Shown here: positions 34,983 to 44,137 of the stretch, piece by piece
Layout: the number at the start of each line of letters is the position of its first letter
How positions within the stretch are numbered: the stretch's first letter is position 1
Assembly (NCBI GenBank): GCA_016195275.1
Contig: JACPZZ010000023.1
Coordinates: forward strand, 1 to 52,717
Direction of reading: 5' to 3'
Source of the DNA: Candidatus Aenigmatarchaeota archaeon
GTDB taxonomy: Archaea > Aenigmatarchaeota > Aenigmatarchaeia > JACPZZ01
Length of the DNA: 52,717 bases
Program-made: the position numbers and the translations under genes
The notes under the pieces: model-generated
Told to the model about the DNA's origin: nothing
Databases searched by the model: none
What the model saw: the letters and a program-made list of their open reading frames with translations, nothing else

Positions 34983-35082
34983 TGGGCCCAGCGAGATTTG
35001 AACTCGCGACCTGTCGATATCCCAATGAACTAAAAAAGCTCAAATAAGAGTCGAACGCTCTACCAGGCTGAGCTATGGGCCC
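34983..35082 (-). tRNA. tRNA-Lys(CUU) with 26-nt canonical intron
   Basis: GGGCCCA-TA-GCTC-AGCCTGGTA-GAGC-G-TTCGA-CTCTTA[intron]A-TCGAC-AGGTC-GCGAG-TTCAAAT-CTCGC-TGGGCCC-A. The 27:43 pair is a U.C mismatch. The intron is about 35019-35044. Confidence 0.8.
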
Positions 35083-35171
35083 GTCCAACTGGAAGCATAC
35101 GCTGTTAGTATGCATGTGCTTCAGTCTGCTACTACAGAATTATACAATCACTGTGGTTATTAAAATAAGAA

Positions 35172-35357
35172 TCAGAGCTTTCTCTTTCTTTGCACAGTCT
35201 TGCGTCTCCAGCCGTAATCGCGCATTTTTGGAGAACGCCCGAAGCCGCACGCCGAGCATCTGCTTTTCTGCAAGTGGTATGTGTACCTGCCACAGCGTCG
35301 GCAGCGCATGTGCGTTTTTTTGTTATGCTTCCCGAAAGAGGATGTTCCTTTTGTCAT
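35172..35357 (-). CDS. rpl37e: ribosomal protein L37e
   Basis: 61 aa, MTKGTSSFGKHNKKTHMRCRRCGR...CSACG. Zinc-ribbon L37e signature. Confidence 0.9.
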   Translation of the reverse strand: MTKGTSSFGKHNKKTHMRCRRCGRYTYHLQKSRCSACGFGRSPKMRDYGWRRKTVQRKRKL

Positions 35358-35385
35358 CTGATAACACCGGTAAAAAATCTACTTG

Positions 35386-35622
35386 TTACTTGGAAGGAGA
35401 TATGAGTATGATGTTGTCGCCGCGCACAAGAACATCGCCGAGTTTCCTGTTGGTATCCGAAGAATTTTCATCGGCATCCTCAAGCCATATGTTAAGGTGC
35501 TGGTCGAAAGATTTCAAAACCCCGTTTATTTCTTCGCCGCCTTTGAGCTTGATTATCACCCGCTTCCCTTTGGCCTGGTCAAGTTCGTTAAAGGGTCTGC
35601 TGGACGCGTCGTTTTCACTCAT
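35386..35622 (-). CDS. archaeal Sm-like (LSm) protein
   Basis: 78 aa. Sm1/Sm2 motifs (VIIKLKGGEEINGVLKSFDQHLNIWL ... VLVRGDNIILI). Conserved archaeal Sm-L37e gene pair. Confidence 0.9.
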   Translation of the reverse strand: MSENDASSRPFNELDQAKGKRVIIKLKGGEEINGVLKSFDQHLNIWLEDADENSSDTNRKLGDVLVRGDNIILISPSK

Positions 35623-35721
35623 TCAATTTCCCCATGTAATAATAAAGTAGTGATGCTTATAAATCTGATTATTGCCCGAACTAATTAATATGCACGACTC
35701 AAATTATGGTGGAGATCAGAA

Positions 35722-36111
35722 ATGACGAAATGGAATTTAAGAGCTAACCTTAAGGCCACGGGGGGCAGGCTAAACAGCCTGAGAAAGAAGAGAAGGAGCG
35801 ACAGAAGGCGTGAACCCACGTTAACTAAGCTCGGCGAGCCTCTGAAAAGGCTGAAGCGTTTTACCGGCGGAAAAATGAATTACGTAACTATGTCGGCCAA
35901 CGCGGCAAACGTCACAGATCCTTCCACGGGAAAGACCAGGAAGGTTAAAATCCTGACTGTAGTGGACAATCCTGCGAATCCTCACTTTATAAGAAGGAAT
36001 ATTATAAACAAAGGCGCGACGATAGATACGGAAGCTGGAAAAGCCCGCGTTACGTCAAGGCCGACAAGGGACGGCGTAGTAAACGCAATCCTGGTTGAAC
36101 CCAAAAAATAA
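35722..36111 (+). CDS. rps8e: ribosomal protein S8e
   Basis: 129 aa. Basic N-terminus KATGGRLNSLRKKRRSDRRREPT and the C-terminal ARVTSRP...GVVNAILV pattern of S8e. Confidence 0.9.
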   Translation: MTKWNLRANLKATGGRLNSLRKKRRSDRRREPTLTKLGEPLKRLKRFTGGKMNYVTMSANAANVTDPSTGKTRKVKILTVVDNPANPHFIRRNIINKGATIDTEAGKARVTSRPTRDGVVNAILVEPKK

Positions 36112-36113
36112 CC

Positions 36114-39100
36114 TTAGTCTAATTTTATATTTTTCAGAAATTTTGAAATAAGTATTTTGAAATTCTTCCTGTTTCCCAGCGCAGCAGCAACCAGGACAGT
36201 CGCCGCGGCCGCAAGCAATAGCAGGATTGTTGCACCCCTGTCCCTGGCTTCTTGTGCCGCAGGTTCGGGGGTTTTATTTTTTTCAGTGTCGTTTACAATT
36301 ACAAACGTAGTGTTCGGCGGAATCGAAACATTGAACATTGTTGTGGTCGTGGTCGTAGTTGTCGTGGTTGTGATTGCGGTCGTTGTCGTCGTTGTCGCAG
36401 AACTACCGCCACCAGTCGGGCCGCCGGTTGGCGGACGGGCAGACACACACGCCACGCACGGCCCGCCGCAATCCGTTCCGCCTTCGCCCTGGTTTTGTAT
36501 ATTATCGCTGCAAGTCGGCATAACAAAAACCCCATAGACGCTGAAGTGTGTTGAGTTGGCCCAGACATATTTGTCTGTCGTGTTGACGCCCCCCACGTTT
36601 GCGCCGCTGAATAAAACCCAGCTTCCGTTAGGGTGGTTGTAATAGATTCTCAGGTTGTTTTCATCGTAACCAGCAGGAATTTCAGAGGCCGTGTAAGGCA
36701 TCCTCATTTCAACCCAGGTCAGGGTCTGGTTCAGCCACCCACCCACCGATATCTCTGTGAACCTGCTTAAAGACACCGCAGCATTATTTTCGTTTGAAGG
36801 ATTATTTGCATAATAAGCTACAATCAAAGAGTCTGTAATTCCGGAGTCTGACGAGGAACTTATGTTAAGTGTGATATTGGCCTCTGCCGAAAGGTTAAAC
36901 AACATCACACTCCTCACAGGAACCGAGGGGTTTGAAAAAAGCGCCGTTGTAACCGAAGACGACACAGTGAAATTTCCCAGCGAGTAATTAACTGCGTTTC
37001 CAAAAAAATCGGCGAAGGACACATTGATATAAAACAGGCCGTTGTTCAGTGCAGAGGTGTTAAGGCTGGTGAAAAAAGTTGTCCTGTTAAGAAACTGAAC
37101 ATTACCCTCAACGTTGATAATGTAGTTCAACACCTTTCTAAGCACGCTTGCGTTCGTGGTGTTGAAGATATTTACAGTCGCCGTATTCGCGCTGTAATCG
37201 TCCGAGATAGCAAGCACACTTATGTTCCTGTTTATGCCGGCCGATCTTGGCAGCGCCCAGCCGTCTGCTAGCACAGGCGGTGACGTGTCCACGACCCTGA
37301 AAACAATATGTTCAAGCGTCGCGTTGGCCGTGTAATTCTCGTTGGCTGAGGAGTTCGCGGAAAAGTTGTAGATTCCTACCGGCTGGGCTGTTCCGGTAAA
37401 CGTATTTGTGCCTATGCTGGAATTCCTCAGCAACAATTGTTCTAAAGTGGTATTTGAATAAAGCCTGGTTTCTATTTTCACATCAACAGACGACGAATTT
37501 ATGTGGAACGGCCCGGGTATCTCAACAGTTGTTGCGTTTGCGCTTATAGAAGTATAAGCCGACGTGTTTTTTTGTATCACATAGTACCACGCGTTTGTTT
37601 TATTCCAGTTGTTGGAAGTATCGTTGGCGTACCAAATTACAGGATAGCCTGTTGCGTTGGCGGCCAAGTCCGTGATATTGACCGACCAGTTGCCGGATGC
37701 GGGCGTGCCTGCAAACATTGAAGCTGTGTAATTGGTGGCGTTGAACTGCATTACCGCATGGGATATGCCGGCGTTATCCTGAAGCGTGGCGTTAAACCTG
37801 TAAACCCTGTTCGGGAAATATTGAATCCCGCTGTCCGGCGATGTCGCATCGGAAACAATCAGAGGCGTTACTATATCGGCCACGGTGGCGAATAACATCT
37901 GCAAGGATGCGGAGTAGTTGTCATCGCCCCTGAAATACGCTGTGATGTTGAATATACCGGGTTGATTAAGCAGGGTCTCATTATTAACCCTGTTAGTTGC
38001 GTTCTGGTCGGTCCAGCCGCTCATGTTCGAGGTAAGCGTTAAATTTTTCCCGGAAATATTTACTGTGGCTGTGAAATTGGCAAACGTCGAATAATTGTAT
38101 ACAAAATTAGCTGCGCTTCCATTCAGCAGAAGCGTTATGCTGGTTGGCCGTTTTGTAACAGTTAATATCCTGGTTATGTTTGCAAAAGAATAATTTTCGC
38201 TTTCTGTAAATGCCAGCGTATAATTGTAAATTCCGCCAGATAAAATCACGGATTCATTGGGCTGGTTTATTCCTGCAATTCCAACAACAGAGCCGTTCCT
38301 GTATAACGTCAGGTTTCCTTCCGTAAAGTTCTTCCATCCGGTGATGTTTAGTGTGTAGTCGTAAGGTGAGAAGACGTCGTTATTTGTGTTATTTAACGTG
38401 AGGTTCATGAAATTCTTGGAGTAGTTCTTAGAGATTATGTATGCAATCGACGAAGTCGAGCCCCATTCGTTCTGCGATGAGTTGGCAAACCACCTGTAAA
38501 CGTGAATTCCTGCAGGCAGGTCTGTTATGTTTATCCAAAACAGGCCAGCGCTGTTGTTGTAAACTTGGTATGCGGAATTTTTTGTGTAATTGGTATTGTT
38601 CAACTGGAAGATTGCGTGAGAAATTTCATCCGGCGAAATTGTGCCAGTCACGTTTATTTCAAAGCTGTAATTCTCCCTGGGCGCATACGGGGTACCGGAG
38701 TTCTTGCCTGTCTTATCATTGCTGAATACAACCGGCGTTCCGGAATACGCTACAAAATACTCCTGCGATCCTGCGACAGAAGTTCCGTTTACATATATAT
38801 GCCACGGCCCGCTTACCGGATTGGAAACAAAAACCTGCTCTACAGTATCATTGACATCGGAGGGGTTGGTGAAGTTGTTTGTAGCGTTTCCCACAATAAG
38901 ATCCAAATTATCTTTGGTGGTGCTGTTTTCCATCCACGACAATGTGACCCTGAACTGGGAAGAAGACACGAAAACGCTTTTCTTTTTCAGACCGCTTTGC
39001 TGAACAGACTCGTTCCACGATTTTTTCATAGAATAGACGGCTTCATAAGCGTCCAGCCTGCCTGCGCCGTAATTGTTGTTCCTTTGCGTGAAACCGTCAA

Positions 39101-40295
39101 TGGTCATGTTGGACGTGTTGACGGAATTTATCAGTATCGATTTTATCAGACCCGGGCTTGGAAGATAGCCGAAGCTTTCGTTATGCCTTTGCATAAGCAT
39201 CGCCGCTATGCCGGACACAAAAGGCGCGGCCATCGACGTGCCCGAGGCTGTAGCATAATTGCCGCCAAGATAAGAAGGGTACGTGGATGTTATACTCGCG
39301 CCTGTCGCGGACAAATCGGGTTTCGTTCTGTTATCGTTTGTCGGCCCGCGTGAACTGCCGGAAACTATTTTATCGGTTTTATCCGTATTGCCGACAGCGA
39401 TGGACGTTTTCGCGCATGCGGGCGCCGCCATCGTCCTTGCTGAAGGTCCGGAATTGCCCGCAGCAACAATGACAACGACTCCCCTGCTCGTTGCATTGTC
39501 AACAGCAGCCGAAGAGCCGACGTCGTAGCAATCTGCAAACTGGTTGAATGTTACGCCAAGGCTCATCGAAATGATGTGCGCGCCGTTATCCACAGCCCAT
39601 TGTATGCCGGAAACTATGTCGCTGTCAGACCCGTCGCCGTTGCTGTCCAAAACTTTTACCGCCATGATACTGGCATTAGGCGCAGTGCCGCGGCCGAAAG
39701 AACCGCCCTCGCCTGCGGCTATGCCTGCGACGTGCGTGCCGTGGCCATGATCGTCTGTTGCATTACTGCTTGTGGCCGTATTGTTCGGCGGGCATTTGTT
39801 CTGAGTGAAACATTTTTCAATTATTATCCTGTTAGGTGTCTGGAATTCGCTGTGGTTGAATACGCCGGTATCTATTATCGCGATCTTTATGTTTGTCCCG
39901 TTAGAACCGAACGTGTTCATCGCCAAATCGGCACGCAACAAGGGTATCGCATTGGATCTGAAAGCCTTTACAGGGTGGTCTATGGTAATTTTTTTGACAA
40001 AATCAGCGGATGCGAGTTCCTTTAATTTGGATTTTTTAACTTCCATGGCCACTGCAGGTATGATGTCGAACTCCTTTTTGATTTTGCCCGCGTTCGCAGC
40101 TTTGTACCTGTCGTATTTTTCCCTGTCCACCCACACGATGACTTTTATCGTTTCGTCCCCGGTTTCGTTTATTTTAACCGCAAGGTTCTTGTCAAGTTTT
40201 TCCACGCCTCTGGCATCGTAGGATTTGCCTGCTACTATGTTTGTAACTAGAATCAGGCACAAAATCAGGCCCACGAACAAAGCGGCGTTTTTCAT
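36114..40295 (-). CDS. giant surface-anchored subtilisin-like (S8) serine protease with sequon-rich C-terminal extension
   Basis: 1393 aa. Signal-like N-terminus and catalytic triad contexts DTGV, HGTHVAGIAAG, SGTSMAAPFVSG. About 850 residues are N-x-S/T-rich. Then a Cys motif CSDNIQNQGEGGTDCGGPCVAC, a poly-Thr linker (TTTTTTAITTTTTTTTTTT) and a C-terminal TM helix. Confidence 0.85.
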   Translation of the reverse strand: MKNAALFVGLILCLILVTNIVAGKSYDARGVEKLDKNLAVKINETGDETIKVIVWVDREKYDRYKAANAGKIKKEFDIIPAVAMEVKKSKLKELASADFVKKITIDHPVKAFRSNAIPLLRADLAMNTFGSNGTNIKIAIIDTGVFNHSEFQTPNRIIIEKCFTQNKCPPNNTATSSNATDDHGHGTHVAGIAAGEGGSFGRGTAPNASIMAVKVLDSNGDGSDSDIVSGIQWAVDNGAHIISMSLGVTFNQFADCYDVGSSAAVDNATSRGVVVIVAAGNSGPSARTMAAPACAKTSIAVGNTDKTDKIVSGSSRGPTNDNRTKPDLSATGASITSTYPSYLGGNYATASGTSMAAPFVSGIAAMLMQRHNESFGYLPSPGLIKSILINSVNTSNMTIDGFTQRNNNYGAGRLDAYEAVYSMKKSWNESVQQSGLKKKSVFVSSSQFRVTLSWMENSTTKDNLDLIVGNATNNFTNPSDVNDTVEQVFVSNPVSGPWHIYVNGTSVAGSQEYFVAYSGTPVVFSNDKTGKNSGTPYAPRENYSFEINVTGTISPDEISHAIFQLNNTNYTKNSAYQVYNNSAGLFWINITDLPAGIHVYRWFANSSQNEWGSTSSIAYIISKNYSKNFMNLTLNNTNNDVFSPYDYTLNITGWKNFTEGNLTLYRNGSVVGIAGINQPNESVILSGGIYNYTLAFTESENYSFANITRILTVTKRPTSITLLLNGSAANFVYNYSTFANFTATVNISGKNLTLTSNMSGWTDQNATNRVNNETLLNQPGIFNITAYFRGDDNYSASLQMLFATVADIVTPLIVSDATSPDSGIQYFPNRVYRFNATLQDNAGISHAVMQFNATNYTASMFAGTPASGNWSVNITDLAANATGYPVIWYANDTSNNWNKTNAWYYVIQKNTSAYTSISANATTVEIPGPFHINSSSVDVKIETRLYSNTTLEQLLLRNSSIGTNTFTGTAQPVGIYNFSANSSANENYTANATLEHIVFRVVDTSPPVLADGWALPRSAGINRNISVLAISDDYSANTATVNIFNTTNASVLRKVLNYIINVEGNVQFLNRTTFFTSLNTSALNNGLFYINVSFADFFGNAVNYSLGNFTVSSSVTTALFSNPSVPVRSVMLFNLSAEANITLNISSSSDSGITDSLIVAYYANNPSNENNAAVSLSRFTEISVGGWLNQTLTWVEMRMPYTASEIPAGYDENNLRIYYNHPNGSWVLFSGANVGGVNTTDKYVWANSTHFSVYGVFVMPTCSDNIQNQGEGGTDCGGPCVACVSARPPTGGPTGGGSSATTTTTTAITTTTTTTTTTTMFNVSIPPNTTFVIVNDTEKNKTPEPAAQEARDRGATILLLLAAAATVLVAAALGNRKNFKILISKFLKNIKLD

Positions 40296-40341
40296 CGATA
40301 ATTAATTATTAAGGGTGCGATAAATCTTTTGTAGGATTGGA

Positions 40342-40932
40342 ATGGAACACTACTTCACAAAATCGCCCGGCCCGGTTGGGACCATAAAGATAATAACCGC
40401 GCTAATCAACGGCGCTAACTACAGGTTCGCAACAGCCGGCGGCGTCTTCTCCAAGGACCGTGTAGACAGGGGCACGCTTCTTCTGATAGAATCCGTGCGC
40501 GTTTCCAAAAACGACAAAATTCTGGATCTGGGATGCGGTTACGGAGTTATCGGCATCGCGTTTTCAAAGTATGTAAGGTGGGTTTTCATGACAGACATAA
40601 ACGAGCGCGCCGTGGAACTGGCAAAGCTTAGCGTGGAGCTGAACAAATTAACAAACGTAAAAGTCTTTGATGGCGATCTTTACGAAAGCGTGAAAGGCGT
40701 GAGATTCGATAAAATAATGTGCAACCCGCCCATAAGAGCGGGAAAGGCTGTTGTAAATAAGATTATAGAGGGCGCTTTGGAGCGTTTGGAGGCCGGCGGC
40801 TCTTTATACCTTGTGGCCCGTACAAAGCAAGGCGCGAAATCAATAGCCAAAAAAATGAAACAGGTTTTCGGCAACCAGGAATATGCGAGCAAAAGCGGCG
40901 GTTATAGGGTAATGTTTTCAAGAAAGGGATAA
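40342..40932 (+). CDS. small-domain class I SAM methyltransferase (RsmC/MJ0882-like)
   Basis: 196 aa. ILDLGCGYGVIG (motif I) and CNPPIRAGK (NPPxxxG motif IV). Confidence 0.8.
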   Translation: MEHYFTKSPGPVGTIKIITALINGANYRFATAGGVFSKDRVDRGTLLLIESVRVSKNDKILDLGCGYGVIGIAFSKYVRWVFMTDINERAVELAKLSVELNKLTNVKVFDGDLYESVKGVRFDKIMCNPPIRAGKAVVNKIIEGALERLEAGGSLYLVARTKQGAKSIAKKMKQVFGNQEYASKSGGYRVMFSRKG

Positions 40933-40933
40933 G

Positions 40934-41698
40934 ATGATCGACGCCCATTGCCATCTCACGTTCAGGAATTTTGAAAACAACAGAGACCAGATAATAAAGG
41001 AATGTATGGATTCTATGGACGCGGTTGTCGACAGCGCACCTTCTATAGAAGATTCCGGAAAGTCCATAAGGCTGGCTGAAAAATATCCCAACTTTATCTT
41101 TTCGTGCGTTGGTCTTCACCCGTCGGAGATACCTAAATTGACTGCCAAGCAGATAGACAGCCAGATAGAATTCATAAAATCCAATTCTGGTAAAATCATT
41201 GCCATAGGGGAGGTCGGTATAGACAAGTTCCACGTAAAAAGCGAAGCTGACAGAAGAAAATGCGCCGACGTTTTTGTGCAGTTTATAGAACTTGCGAAAG
41301 AATTGAAAAAACCCCTGGTTATTCACTCGCGCGGCGATAATGGAGAGGCGATAAAGATTCTGGAGAACAGCGACGCAAGAAAAGCGATCATGCATTGCTT
41401 CGGTGCAGAGGATTTTTTGCAGAACGTAATGGATAACAGATGGTTCGCGTCAATACCCACCCTGATCGTAAGGTCAAAAAAGCACATGCGAATCGCAAAA
41501 CAAACGCCGTTGGAGCTTTTGTTGACGGAAACAGACTCGCCTTTCCTTAGCCCGATTAAGGGCGAAACGAACGTTCCAAAAAACGTCCGCGCTGTTGTTG
41601 AGGCCATTGCTGCGGAAAAAGGCATATCATTTGGCGAAGTTGACAAAGCCACGACAAACAACGCGATAAACGCATTTAACCTGCCTCTGGTAGATTAA
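40934..41698 (+). CDS. tatD: TatD-family metal-dependent hydrolase/DNase
   Basis: 254 aa. N-terminal IDAHCHL, internal EVGID, HSR, and a C-terminal ETDSPFL motif. Confidence 0.85.
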   Translation: MIDAHCHLTFRNFENNRDQIIKECMDSMDAVVDSAPSIEDSGKSIRLAEKYPNFIFSCVGLHPSEIPKLTAKQIDSQIEFIKSNSGKIIAIGEVGIDKFHVKSEADRRKCADVFVQFIELAKELKKPLVIHSRGDNGEAIKILENSDARKAIMHCFGAEDFLQNVMDNRWFASIPTLIVRSKKHMRIAKQTPLELLLTETDSPFLSPIKGETNVPKNVRAVVEAIAAEKGISFGEVDKATTNNAINAFNLPLVD

Positions 41699-41864
41699 AC
41701 TGGAAACAGCGTTGCAGATAATGTATCGACAAATGACGTATATTGGGTACAGGATGAGGACTTTAGGTACAGTCTGATGTTTTGTATTTTTCTATCGGAA
41801 CTTCATTATCACTAAATATTAAAACTATGCAACGGCTATTAAATTCAGAAGTTTTGGTGACTAC

Positions 41865-42620
41865 ATGAACAAATTAAAGTTTCCGTGGGATTTTGAAAAT
41901 AAAATCATTTGTGGAGATACAATAGAAGTAATGAAACAGATACCCAACGGTTCGGTTCAATTGATAGTAACCTCACCCCCATACAATCTTAAAAATTCTA
42001 CGGGCAACGGTATGAAGGACGGACGTGGCGGAAAATGGGCAAACGCTGCTTTACAAAAGGGGTATTCTAATCATGACGATTGTATGTCACACGAAGAATA
42101 TGTAAAATGGCAAAAAGCGTGTCTAACAGAGATGATGAGAATAATTCCAGAAGACGGAGCAATTTTTTATAATCATAAGTGGCGAGTACAAGATGGTTTG
42201 TTGCAAGATCGACAGGATATCGTTAATGGCTTTCCAGTTAGACAAATCATTATTTGGAAAAGAAAGGGAGGTATTAACTTCAACAAAGGCTATTTTCTTC
42301 CAACTTATGAAGTGATATATCTTATTGCGAAACCCAAGTTCAAGCTTGTTTCAAAAGCAAATGCGTACGGAGATGTATGGGAATTTACGCAAGAAATGAA
42401 TAATGACCATCCCGCGGCATTTCCCGTACAATTGATAGATAGAATAATATCTTCAACGAATACCAAGATTATATTGGACCCGTTTATGGGGTCTGGTACA
42501 ACAGCAATTTCTTCGATTAAATTTAATCGGAATTATATTGGAATCGATATTTCTCCCGAATATTGTGAAATGGCACGAAATAGAATAAAGCAACATCAGG
42601 CCCAAGCTATATTACGGTAA
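41865..42620 (+). CDS. beta-class DNA methyltransferase (SPPY type, probably N4-cytosine)
   Basis: 251 aa. Motif IV VTSPPYNL near the N-terminus and motif I DPFMGSGTTA near the C-terminus. AT-rich coding sequence. Confidence 0.85.
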   Translation: MNKLKFPWDFENKIICGDTIEVMKQIPNGSVQLIVTSPPYNLKNSTGNGMKDGRGGKWANAALQKGYSNHDDCMSHEEYVKWQKACLTEMMRIIPEDGAIFYNHKWRVQDGLLQDRQDIVNGFPVRQIIIWKRKGGINFNKGYFLPTYEVIYLIAKPKFKLVSKANAYGDVWEFTQEMNNDHPAAFPVQLIDRIISSTNTKIILDPFMGSGTTAISSIKFNRNYIGIDISPEYCEMARNRIKQHQAQAILR

Positions 42621-42624
42621 TACT

Positions 42625-43422
42625 ATGAAAACTAAAACACGTATCTATACGAAACAAACATTGATAGGTAGGTTAAAAGAAATTGCTAAAATGGGATTCG
42701 TACCAAACAATCGATTTGGTAATTCTGGTGGAATTGGAAATACACTCGAAGATCTTTTAGAAATTAAAGAAAACAATCTTCCTATGCCGAATGCAGCGGA
42801 ATGGGAGTTAAAAACACAACACATTAATTCATCTTCTCTTACAACGCTCTTTCACATAGAACCTTCCCCTCGTGCAATTGGTTTCGTGCCACAAATATTT
42901 TTGCCAAAATATGGATGGCTACACCAAGAAGCCGATAAGAAATACCAAAAGGGAGAAATGAGTTTTCGACAAACAATAAATGGTAATTCTAGAAGTGATC
43001 GAGGCTTCAAGGTGGTTATAGATCGTAAAGAACAAAAGGTGCTTATTTCGTTTGATGCGAACAGCGTTTCTCCGAGGCATAAAGAATGGTTAGAGTCGGT
43101 AAAACAGCGGGTAGGTCTTGGAGAACTTAATCCCCAGCCGTATTGGGGTTTTGAGGACTTAAAACATAAAGCTGGAACAAAATTGCTTAATGCGTTCTAT
43201 GTTCAAGCCGAGGTAAAAAAAGACACCAATAGGGAATATTACAAATATAGCAAGATTATGATGTTACAAAAGTTTAGTTTCGAAGGATTTTTGCGAGCAC
43301 TTGAAGCTGGTAAAATTCTTGTAGATTTTGATGCACGTACAGGGCACAACCATGGCACAAAATTCAGGTTGAAGCAAGATTGTTTACCAATGCTTTACGA
43401 AAAAGTCACTATAATTCTTTAA
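42625..43422 (+). CDS. MvaI/BcnI-family type IIP restriction endonuclease
   Basis: 265 aa. From memory of the BcnI sequence: GGIGNTLEDLLEIKENNLPMPNAAEWELK resembles GVVGQILERQFGVQENNITLGDLGEFELK, TTLFH resembles LTLFH, and C-terminal NHGTKFRL resembles DRGPHLRI. It starts 4 nt after the methylase. Confidence 0.7.
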   Translation: MKTKTRIYTKQTLIGRLKEIAKMGFVPNNRFGNSGGIGNTLEDLLEIKENNLPMPNAAEWELKTQHINSSSLTTLFHIEPSPRAIGFVPQIFLPKYGWLHQEADKKYQKGEMSFRQTINGNSRSDRGFKVVIDRKEQKVLISFDANSVSPRHKEWLESVKQRVGLGELNPQPYWGFEDLKHKAGTKLLNAFYVQAEVKKDTNREYYKYSKIMMLQKFSFEGFLRALEAGKILVDFDARTGHNHGTKFRLKQDCLPMLYEKVTIIL

Positions 43423-43445
43423 TTTAATTGTTGGGAAGTATCATT

Positions 43446-43730
43446 ATGAAAGAGACTATAGTTACTTGTCCTTTTTGTAGCAAGGAGATAACAGTTAATT
43501 ATAGCCCGTCGATACGCTATTCTAAGACAGAGATTACTGCTACTCTAGGCCGCAGAACCAAATGGTTTCATACTAAAGAAAGATATGAAACTATTGAAGA
43601 CTGTCCAAATTGTCACAAATCTAAAAAAGAGATCCAAAAGGCATTGAACGGAGAAATGTTAATGAAGCCAAAATCCAAAGAGGATCTCAAAAGACAACTT
43701 GAAGAATTGGGCCTTTCCGGTAAACTGTGA
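43446..43730 (+). CDS. zinc-ribbon protein, function unknown
   Basis: About 94 aa from the ATG at 43446 (the ORF opens at TTG 43428). CPFC...(43 aa)...CPNC pairs, then a charged helical tail. Confidence 0.5.
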   Translation: MKETIVTCPFCSKEITVNYSPSIRYSKTEITATLGRRTKWFHTKERYETIEDCPNCHKSKKEIQKALNGEMLMKPKSKEDLKRQLEELGLSGKL

Positions 43731-43751
43731 GGTTTCGACTTTTTGATTAGT

Positions 43752-43868
43752 ATGATAGAGTACGTAGATGTGTGGTTGAAATCTCGTCCTCAAAGGACTT
43801 TCCCTATGCCAAAAGGGTACGAGCAGCGAACAATGGAATTCGTAGATAAGGCAACCATTGGTGGTTGA
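43752..43868 (+). CDS. 38-aa ORF, possibly the 5-prime part of a frameshifted gene continued by 43858-44127
   Basis: ATG-started MIEYVDVWLKSRPQRTFPMPKGYEQRTMEFVDKATIGG. It overlaps the next ORF by 11 nt in a different frame. Confidence 0.25.
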   Translation: MIEYVDVWLKSRPQRTFPMPKGYEQRTMEFVDKATIGG

Positions 43869-44127
43869 GCAGTCGTCGGTGAATTATCCAAATACCGTGG
43901 CTAAGAAACCCGGGGATATTGGCTCTACTTTGATGCTTGCAAATAATCGGGAGAATACAGCCGTCCTCCGGGACAGGCTAGCCGTCAAAATGGCCGTGTA
44001 TTTCAATTCGGACGAGATAAGAAAACAACAGGCAACTGGAAAAGAAAAGCTAAGTATGACAGACCGGCTTTATGTGGTAGATCGTGAGTTGATAGAATTA
44101 GACTGGGAACTTGAAAGATGGATGTAG
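43858..44127 (+). CDS. hypothetical protein (TTG start; may be the 3-prime part of a split gene)
   Basis: 89-aa ORF that opens only 4 codons after an in-frame stop. No recognisable motif. Confidence 0.35.
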   Translation: MVVEQSSVNYPNTVAKKPGDIGSTLMLANNRENTAVLRDRLAVKMAVYFNSDEIRKQQATGKEKLSMTDRLYVVDRELIELDWELERWM

Positions 44128-44137
44128 AGCTTATTAA

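Noticed and set aside
34966-35115. N-terminal 50 codons of the 355-aa ORF
   Set aside because: This extension runs straight through tRNA-Lys on the same strand. The internal ATG at 34965 gives a sensible EF-Tu-like N-terminus.
38502-39353. 283-aa plus-strand ORF
   Set aside because: It is antisense within the subtilase catalytic region, where the protease frame carries the S8 triad motifs.
40763-41395. 210-aa minus-strand ORF
   Set aside because: It is antisense across the methyltransferase/tatD junction, and both plus-strand genes have clear family motifs.
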